This document shows positions 54,850 through 64,000 of a DNA stretch of 64,000 nucleotides, piece after piece; the stretch's first letter is position 1; every line of letters starts with the position of its first letter. Below the pieces are notes generated by a model. The model did no database searches. It had not been told where the DNA came from and saw nothing but the letters and a program-made list of their open reading frames with translations. Location of the stretch: assembly GCF_009914755.1 (NCBI RefSeq), contig NC_060939.1. One strand, 5' to 3'. This stretch comes from the human T2T-CHM13v2.0 reference genome, Homo sapiens. The translations under genes were made by a program, and so were the position numbers.

Positions 54850-57800
54850 TATTGACCATCTTTGGGTTTTGCCTGCCTGGCATTCACTCCATCTTTTTCT
54901 GGTAAAAACACCTTGAAACAATCTTTTTGCTAGTCTTGGTGAGGCAATCATTCAAAATGTCCTGCCCTGCCCTCAAGAGGTGAGTATATGTGTGACCCAA
55001 GAATGCCATTCAGACTCTGTCTCCTAAAAATTAAATCTCGAGCAGAGTAACGTAGAGATAGAAAATGACAGAGATCATTTATCCCGCTAACAGTGCCACG
55101 AAAAGAGACTGACCTTTAGTTCCTACTATCTGGATACTTAGAGCTGTTTTGACTCCTGGCCTTTTCACAGCCTGGTGCTTACTTAGCATTTCTTTTAATT
55201 ATTTGTGCCAGTCCACATCCTTGAGCACATTTCTTGTTTAGCTTAAGATAGTCAGAGTGAGTTTCTTTTGTTTGCGCAGAAACAGAAATAGACTGAAGTA
55301 GAAATTGATTCCTGGACATAACAGTTACAACTGACACTTAGAATGACAATGTGAAGTTGGAAGGGTCATGGTGAGGCAGGAGACAGTGTGGACCTCCGTT
55401 TCTCTGGCTGGGAAATGCCTATCTTCAAAAGCATGTTGTATCTGGAAACTCAGGCAATGTGTCTGTCCAGCTGGAGATTTGGGAGAGTCAGTAGAAAAAC
55501 GTCAGCTCGTTGGATTAGGTTGGATACTTTTTTTTAGCCCAAGATAAGTTACTACAAGTAAGAGACAACTGGGTCATCAGAAAGCAGAGAGAGAGAGAAC
55601 AGAAACTGCTAAGGGAAGCCCTTTCTAATTGTGGCCTGTGATCAAAGAGGGATAGTAGTCAGATAATCTTAAGCTGAATTCTCTCCCCTGAGTTAAAGTT
55701 AGTGGAAGTAATGTCTTAAGATTCTGAAAACTTAAGAGGAGCTAAAAAAAAGTCTCCCGGAAAAGCTCTACTAAGCACCTCCTTCTGGGCCTTCCTTGAC
55801 GGATGAGGCTTCACTTAGTCCCCAATTTACAGCCCAACCACTGAAATACATGGGATGTTGGAGCTGAGATTGGTTTTATCTCTTTCGACTCAGGCTATTG
55901 CTTGTCATTGCCCCCAGGAAATGTTAAAATTGAAGGCTTTGTGGCTGAGAGCTGGAGGGAAGGGCAGAGCTCTAAGGCCTGTTGCTATGAGAGAGGACAT
56001 CCTACCATTGGATGTGCATGGAGGGCCTACTAGGTTTCTAAGAAAATTGTTATTTCTGGATAAACACTTAACCAACCTAAGGTAATCTCCAGGCCCCTGA
56101 ACTCTTCTCAATAGAAAATTAGGTTCTAAATTAGTTTAACCCTCACAAGTGATCCTCTCCACTGTCCTTTTCAGAGGTGACCACAGTGGATACTGGACAT
56201 TGGCTCTTCTCCCAGAGGAGAAAACCAGAATCAACTACTTTTGCTGACCAATATATCCACTCTGTCACTGGAGCAGACAGCACTTTTTATTCCTGAGAAG
56301 CAGGATGTGACAAATTCTGTTTGCCAATGACCACTCTAAGCTGTTTCTTCCCCTTCCCTTTTCCATGTGAGTTTTTTTTTTCTTTAATTAAGATAACCTG
56401 ACCTATTTCTACCATTGTAGATCAGGTTAAATTTATCATTTAACCTCAGTTTGCCAATACACAAGGAGCTATTCTGGGCCAACCTGAGAATAATGCATGT
56501 TGCTGAGAGGTGGATGCAGTAACTGGCCTAGCACTTGGGGAAGGAGGGAGTTTTGAGAGGTATGTAAAAGAGTTGCACTATTGCAGGTGATAACAATTAT
56601 GATGATGCTGCATGTATGAGAAGGAGAGTGTGTGTATGGATATCAAACAGCTTGGGAGATTATAGTGGACAATAATTGTTTTCACCTGCCAGTATCCCAA
56701 GTTTCCTTTATAAAAACTTTCTTCCGCGATGCTTGAGCCAGACAGTTCTAGAAGGGCTGAACCTATACCTCTACAGCTTGGTTGGCATGTAACCCAAAAT
56801 TGTGTGTAAATTTATTCCATCTTCTCGGCTCAGTGAATGATTTAGGAAAGCTTACGTGATCCAAGTCAGATCAATAGAGTCAGCCACAGAGTTCTGAAGG
56901 AATGATTGGGAAAGACACATTCTTTCCAAGGGATTGCTTGGCTGGTAGAACGTAAGTTTACAGCTCTCAGGGCCTAACCTGCCACCAGGGAGAGAATGCC
57001 TGAAAATGAAGCTCGGGGAAAGGAAAGCAAAGTAAGAACAAGAGTAAGAAAGAGAATGAGAGCCAATAAATATCCTTTTTGCTTAGCCATTTGGAGTAGG
57101 TGTAGTCTATTTTGTCTGGAGCTCAGCACCTGTGAACACTCTCCTTTTGGTTAGGAAGTTTCTTTCCTCCCCAAATTAGATATCAGAAATTATGCTTTCT
57201 TCACCCCCCTTGTAGCTAGCTGGGCACAAGCATGTGACTCAGGCCCCATCAGACATCCTTGTGAAATTTCTTTGAGATGAGAGCAATGTGAGAAAGTAAT
57301 GCCACATGGAATCCATTTCTGCCAGTGAGAGTGACACCACTGACACTTGGCCTTCAGAGGTGGCATTGTTGAGTTCCTATAACAGGGCTGGCAGTAGTGC
57401 TTGTGTCAGTAAAGTTCCTGCTGGCAGTGCAAAATGTAGCATTGAATGCTGGGAGGTGAAGGCAGTAGCAGTGTCTTCAGGCTAGTCCTGACAACTGTTT
57501 GTGGTGGTATCCTGGAAGTTCATCCTTGAGCCTGGCTCTCTAGCCCTCCTGGCAATTCTGCGACCTACCAAATATCCTTTAATAGTTTTCTTTTTGGCTT
57601 AATCAACCAATTAGTTTTTGTCACTTTCAACTAAAACTTCTGGTACTAAGGTAAAAATCAGTAAAAATTTGATAGAGATATAAATCAATGAATGAATGGC
57701 AATTCTGTGAGGTATATATTATACTTCCATTGTACAGAGGAAAAATTGGCTGAGTAATATTGGACCTTGCATCCTGTCCAAGGTCACGCAGCTAATAAAT

Positions 57801-58400
57801 CCTAGAGTAAAGATTTGAATTTTGCTCTTTTTTGAATGCCCGAAGTTCACGTTTTTGAAATAATTTTGTGGCAGATAGAGCAGAGGGGCTTGCACAGAAT
57901 TCATTCTACCCTTCTTGTAGAGTGCCTTCCTATACTGCAGAGGCTAGAAAACTAAAAGTGACATTTTCCAGACTTTCATACAGCTAGGAATATGATTAGG
58001 ATCCACCAATAAGATGTACTTGTGTGAAAATTTAAGTTAGCACTGAGTCAGGTAGGAAGGAAGGCAGTGCCCAGGCCTTCATTTTGATGGTACGAATCTG
58101 TTACAGTATGGTTTGGGACCAACAGTTGAGTCCACAATTTTCTGATTGCCAAATTGTGGCAAGGCAGTGTGATCTAGGATCTGGTGAGTGGTATAGTGGT
58201 TTCCTGATCCCCAGCTTCCAGATTGTTGCAGAGATAGTTCTCTAGACAGGTGAGCTCTCTAGTGTTGTTCTGGAACCCAGTCCACAGCCCACTCCTCCAG
58301 CCCCTGTAACTGTGGGCATGGGATTCCCTGTAGCCAATCCTTTCTTGCTAAAACTACTAGAATGGTTTCTATTATCTGCTTCTGAATCTTGTTTAATACG
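54850..58400. mobile_element. Patchwork of highly diverged ERVL/MaLR LTR and internal fragments plus a MIR
   Basis: Recurrent LTR motifs such as 'gagccaataaatatcc', 'catgtgactcaggcc' and 'acattttccagact...cagctagg'; individual boundaries not resolvable by eye. Confidence 0.4.
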
Positions 58401-58662
58401 AGCATGGATAGAGGTCAAATACTACATAACAAAGCAGCAGTACACAGAGATTCTTATCGTTTCTAAGCCGCAATTAAAGAGAAAAAAAAGGATGCATTCA
58501 AGGTAAATTTATGTATTTCAGTAATAAGCACCATGGACTTTGTGGTCTTGCCACACCCGTAATCCCCAGAAACTGGGTGTATCAGTCAGCGTACCACCGG
58601 CAGGAAACAGAAGGCTCATTCACAATGGAAACTCTGGGGAGACTTTAATAAAGACTAGTTTT

Positions 58663-58995
58663 GGCCGGATGCGGTGACTCATGCCTGTAATCCTAGCGCT
58701 TTGTGAGGCCGAGGCGGGCAGATCACTTGAGGTCAGGAGTTTGAGACCAGCCTGGCCAACAAGGCGAAACCCTGTCTCTACTAAAAAATACAAAAAAAGA
58801 AAAAAAGAAAAAATTACCCAGGCATTGTGGTGGGCACCTGTAATCCCAGCTACTCAAGAGGCTGAGGCAGGAGAATCACTTGAACCCCAGAGGCGGAGGT
58901 TGCGGTGAGCCAGGATTGTGCCACTGCACTCCAGCCTGGGTGATAGAGTGAGACCCTCCTTAAAATATAAATAAATAAATAAATAAATAAATAAA
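58663..58995 (+). mobile_element. AluS with expanded middle A-rich linker
   Basis: TSD ataaagact(a/c)gtttt; (TAAA)n tail. Confidence 0.94.
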
Positions 58996-59019
58996 GACTC
59001 GTTTTTACTTATCTTTTAT

Positions 59020-59139
59020 TTCTATTTATTTAATTTTTTAGAGACGGGGTCTCGCTATGTGCCTAGGCTGATCTCGGATTCTTCCCACCTTGGCCTCCCA
59101 AAGTGGTGGGATTACAGGCATGAGTCACCATGCCCAGCC
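59020..59139 (-). mobile_element. FLAM/left-arm Alu monomer
   Basis: Single reverse arm. Confidence 0.8.
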
Positions 59140-59576
59140 TAAACGAGTTTTTAAAAATATAGACTGGGCATAGAGAACCACAGGGGTCGTACAGTGCCCC
59201 TAGACCTGAAGCAACAAGTGGAGGAATCTATTATGGAAATTTGAAGACAGCTAGGTAGAGAGGGTGCTTTACTGGAGCTGTGACCTTTGGTTGCCGAATG
59301 CAGTCATGGCAACCTCACAGGCAAGGTGCAGGGAGGGAGCAACCTTACACTCAACTGTTTTTTCAAACTTCTGCACATTTGCTGAGCTCACCTAGAAGCC
59401 ACAGGACACAAGCGTGTGCTGTAGTCCTTATAGGACAGTCTGCCAGGGTGGAGAAAGATGGAACGTGGATCTAAAGGGCAAATGGGAGATATCCAGCACA
59501 CCACGTGAAAAAATTAACAACCTCAGTGCAGTAAGAGATCATGAAGAACGCAGGCTGAAGTATTTTATGCTCCTGA

Positions 59577-59934
<358 letters not shown>

Positions 59935-59999
59935 TCAACACAATCTACTCATGTGATTTGAGGTCGTTTTGCTTAGTTTAGCACACAGTGCCGTGGAGT

Positions 60000-60170
60000 A
60001 TGAGAAGTGGAAAGCACTCTAGAGATCTCGCTGAACACCCTTATTCCATAGATGAGGAAGTCAAGACTTAGGAACATGACACAAATTCCTCCAAAGTCAC
60101 TTATCCAAAGTTGCATAATCAGCATGCACACCCAAATCTACTGATGCCCAGTCCAGAGCTTCTTCCACTA
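60000..60170 (-). mobile_element. MIR fragment
   Basis: 'atagatgaggaagtcaagac...ccaaagtcac'. Confidence 0.55.
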
Positions 60171-61204
60171 TTGGCAGCTGAAATCCATGCTGGACGTGCA
60201 AGTTGTGCTCATTACAAACTGCCAGACTGTGATACAGCTGTGGTCTGAGCCTGGAGCATCCCTCTGCCTTAGTCTTATTATTCTCTTCATTTTAAACATT
60301 TACCTGAGAAGCTGAATTCCAAAGACACTTTTCCTAAAAATAACTCAAAGACATGCAGGAGGAAATTAGCATACTGTATTTTCTTCAGCTATAATTTACA
60401 GTGTGTAATCTAAAAATGTGCAACAAAGCAATGCTAGTAGTGCAGAGAAAATTCCCCTGGGATATTTGGTTCCATTTAAAAACACCTCAGTATGGGGGGG
60501 ATGTGGGAGCAGCAGCCTGTGACACACTTCCATCAGGGCAAAATGTTATTCCAGTGATTCACAGCCAGAGGCCTGACAAACACTTTGAGTCGATATAAAG
60601 GTTCTTGCCATCAGGATAAAAATGAGAATTGCAGTGGGTGGTCCCATTCTAGCCTCATGTCTCCTTCTACTTCTGTCCTGGCTTAGGTGGTTGCCCTGGA
60701 AACAGTGGGGTAGCAAACAAAACCATTTGGAACAACTTTTAGAAAGCCTTATGTACAGAGGCCTGATGTTTATTTGTTGCTGCCTTTTCCAAAGGCTTTC
60801 TTCCCCTGAGAGGGTGTGCTTCTTGGACTACCTTGAAAGCTAGTTCATGTTAAAGTCTTTGGCAAGGTCCAGTTGGAGGGCTGGCCAGAGTTTGGCAGAG
60901 AATAGGAGAAAGGGGCTTTGCTTATCATTATTCAGCTTTGGATCCCCACACAGATGGCCCTGATCTCCTCCTCCCCCACCTAAGAATTTTTCTAAAATGA
61001 CACCCAAGTTTTTCTTGGCAGAAGTTATAATTCCTGGCAAACAGTTCACTGCAGCTCTAATTATGATGACAGCTTTAATGGAGAAGATAATCATATTAAA
61101 TGGTTCTTATTCACTTCCATGTGATGAATTAGTGATTACCATAAAATGTGTTAAGCAGCTAAAAGTAAGGGGAAGGGATAATGTACTGAGCTACAAGTTG
61201 AGGT

Positions 61205-61429
61205 TTTAGGGATTCCAAAACTGGGTAGGAGATAGGATAAAATGAATTTCATCAGATACCAGGGGTGATCAGGTATCAAGGGAGGGTATTCTCAATAAAC
61301 TGACTTGGCAGGACTCTTCCTAAAACTACACCAGGCAGGCCAAAGACAGGATGGGGACCAGGGGAGAGGCCTAGTCGAGAAGAGGGTTCAGGGGAACCTG
61401 ACTAAAGTTTGGTAAAGAAGTCTTTATCA
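61205..61429 (-). mobile_element. MER31-like ERV1 LTR 5' portion
   Basis: 'ggcctagtcgagaagaggg...cctgactaaagtttggt...gtctttatca' matches the reverse of the MER31 start. Confidence 0.6.
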
Positions 61430-61740
61430 TATCCACCACTTGTACAACATACTTTTAAATACTGTGACTCAGATACGGAAAGGTAAGAATGAAAAGGAGG
61501 GAAAGAGGAAAGGAAGAAAGGAAGGGAGGGAGGAAGAAAGGAAAGTTTGTAAAATTGCCTTCCGAATTCAGGCTCTTCTGTACGTTGCTACAAAGTTGTC
61601 TGGGGTGGAGGGAACACATTTGGTCTTTGAAACAGCCAAAGGACATTAAGGGCCAGTCTTAAAAATAAGGAGGAGATCAAACTGAGTAACACTGTATGAC
61701 TATAAAGCAATGGGCTGGTGGTTCTTGTGTGGTTTATGAA

Positions 61741-61894
61741 TAGGGTGACCAAACTCAATCCATTTTGCCTGGAACTTTCTCAGTTTTAGGACTGGACATC
61801 TCCCTCAGTTCCAGGTAAATCAAGAAGATTTGCCTAAGACTCTCCCAGTTCTATAGCTCCACATTCTGGAAAACAGAAATAATCAGTCACCCTA
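61741..61894. mobile_element. MER81/MER94-like hAT-Blackjack MITE
   Basis: TIRs TAGGGTGAC ... GTCACCCTA. Confidence 0.75.
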
Positions 61895-62322
61895 TTCATC
61901 AAAAGAGCTCTGAAGGTAGTTCCTAACAAGAAGTTCCAAAATCATTTAGAGCCATAGCACCTGACAAACTAGGCTTCCAATATAAGGGTTGTTCAGAAAA
62001 CAAAAACAAAACAGCCTCATTCATTTAGTCACATATTATGTGAGAAAATAAATATTCACCCTGACTCCTATTTAATTAGAAGTACCTTTACTTAGATACT
62101 TTGATTCAAATACAGGGCCCAAACACCTCTCCACAAATGTTTGGTTGAAGAAAGCTTATTTACCTAATTAGAATATTTATGTGCCATCATGCATGTTTTA
62201 TTTTTATATTAATATATCTCTTTGTGTTTTATTACAAAAATCTTGCCTTAAAAAAGACATTCAAATTTGTTTTTCATTCATCTGTAAGCTACAATACATG
62301 TAGTTACTATGTGTAGTAATCA

Positions 62323-62324
<2 letters not shown>

Positions 62325-62357
<33 letters not shown>
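62325..62357. repeat. (GT)n microsatellite
   Basis: Directly visible. Confidence 0.95.
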
Positions 62358-62358
<1 letters not shown>

Positions 62359-63329
62359 TCTTCCATGAGGAAGCAACCTTCTTTATCCTCATCTTCTCTA
62401 AACCCTAATTCATTTGTACTTTCACTCATTTTCCCAAGGAATATGTTATTCCTTTAGAAGTCATTTTTAATGGCTAGAGAAAGATAAAGAAGGCTAAATA
62501 GGAAAGCCTTGCTCAGAAAGCCCTGTTGCTCCTGCTGCTGCTTTGAATAACACCTTATGGTTACACTATGTTATCCTTCTAAAATCTACTTTACATGGTT
62601 TCTCATATGTGTGAAGACCTTCATCCCTGAGAAGTGAGGGCCTAGGCAGGCTGGGAAGAGATATGGTAGCTGGGAGCCTGGGACATGTCTGAGGCTCATT
62701 GGAGCTGAAGAGGTAGAGATTCAGGGGAAGCATTCTACGGAGAAGCTGAATTTAAAACCATTTGGGCAGTACCAAAGAACCATCTTTTCTAAAAGGTTGG
62801 GTAGAGACAGAGTATCCATCCAAATATGAGGACAAACTGGGAAAATCCATTGTGAGCAAGCAAGTTTAAAACACAGCACAGAGGGAGAAGGTAAAAAAAA
62901 TATTTAAGGTAGGTTTCTTAATTTTTTTATAGGATGCCAGCAGCCTTAGCCTGATGTGGGAGGAGGCTCTAATCAGGTCTGGCTCTTCTTCCACATTCCA
63001 CTCCACTGGGTGGTGTTTTTCACTGGGTGACTACAAAGTCTTAACATGTTTAGGTGGGTTCTTAGTTGAGGTGGGAGCGTTTCATGTGTTTGCTTCTCTA
63101 GCAGACATCCTTTCTCAAGGACAGGTACCAGATCTGGCAGTGGCACTTCTGAGAATCCAGAACCTTTTGCAAGACACGTGGGCTCTTCTAACTCAGTTGT
63201 CAGGGTAAATTACTTGGCTCTGTGTCTAGGGCAGAGTCTCAGTGAACTGAGCTAGCATGAGCTGGCTGAAACAGACCTCATCTCTGCTTTTACTAAGAAA
63301 ATAGAAACAACCACAAGACAACTGTAACA

Positions 63330-64000
63330 TTTCCCACCAGCATTCTCATTAAGTTTTGCCTTTCCTTCCTTGATGATGGAAAAACTGTCCTAGACTCTTA
63401 GTCCTCCTAGACCTTGTGACTTAAGCCCTGGATTCCCCATCACCTACTCAAAGGCTTTGCTCTTTTCATCACTCACTGTCTCCACCATCTCTACATCTCC
63501 ACTCTCTGTTTGATCATTCCCATAGCAGATACACATGCTATAATATCTCCTGTCTTTAAAAAACCTGTCTTCTCTAGAATTACACCCTCCTCCAACTACT
63601 CCCTCCTGCTTCTCAGGCCTCCTTACATCATCATTTCTAAAGCAAGTTGTCAATACTCAGTGTCTCTCCACTTCCTCATTTCATGGTCTCTTTTCAGTCT
63701 TCTCCAATCATGTTTGCTTCCCTATGATTGCACTGAAGCCATTCTTCTCAGGATCACCAGTGAGCTCTACATGTCTTAAATCCTCTGAACAATTTCCCAG
63801 CCCTTCTCTTACTTGACCTCTCAGTGGATTTTATTTCACTTGGTGAACCACCTGGAATCTGAGTCAACGCACTGTCTCGGTTTTCCTCCTGTGTCCCTGG
63901 ATTGGCCTCTTCTGAGTCTGCTGGCTCCTTCCTCTTATTCCTCATTTTTTAATTTCTTTAAACATCTTCTGTTCTTTAAATACACTCGTTCACTTTATAG
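63330..64000 (-). mobile_element. L2 ORF2-region relic
   Basis: 'ggatcaccagtgagctc...ctcttacttgacctctcag' L2 motifs. Confidence 0.7.

Overview
This is primate (human-like) non-coding genomic DNA, intergenic or deep intronic, and most of it is transposable-element derived. It contains about 29 Alu/FLAM/FRAM copies, several L1 fragments from ancient L1M to L1PA, L2/MIR/CR1 relics, many ERV1, ERVL and MaLR LTRs, and hAT and Tigger DNA transposon fossils. I can support no protein-coding gene, RNA gene or recognisable processed pseudogene. The ORFs in the track are Alu, L1, LTR or low-complexity artefacts. I found no new gene system. The most notable structures are: (1) an L1PA insertion carrying an apparent ~285-bp 3' transduction with its own AATAAA and A-tail inside the TSD (31780-33564); (2) a ~220-bp local templated duplication copied into an MLT1 LTR, with microhomology and iterated junction synthesis (37740-39310); (3) an intact solo LTR12C promoter followed by three same-strand MER41 LTRs, each keeping one STAT GAS site, one of them apparently intermediate between MER41A and MER41B (22559-27952); (4) a twin-primed 5'-inverted L1 with a 26-bp junction duplication (34482-36904); and (5) a 257-bp internally deleted solo LTR with intact ends nested in MER39. 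Subfamily names come from my recall of consensus sequences and need RepeatMasker/Dfam confirmation. Boundaries of the old elements are approximate.
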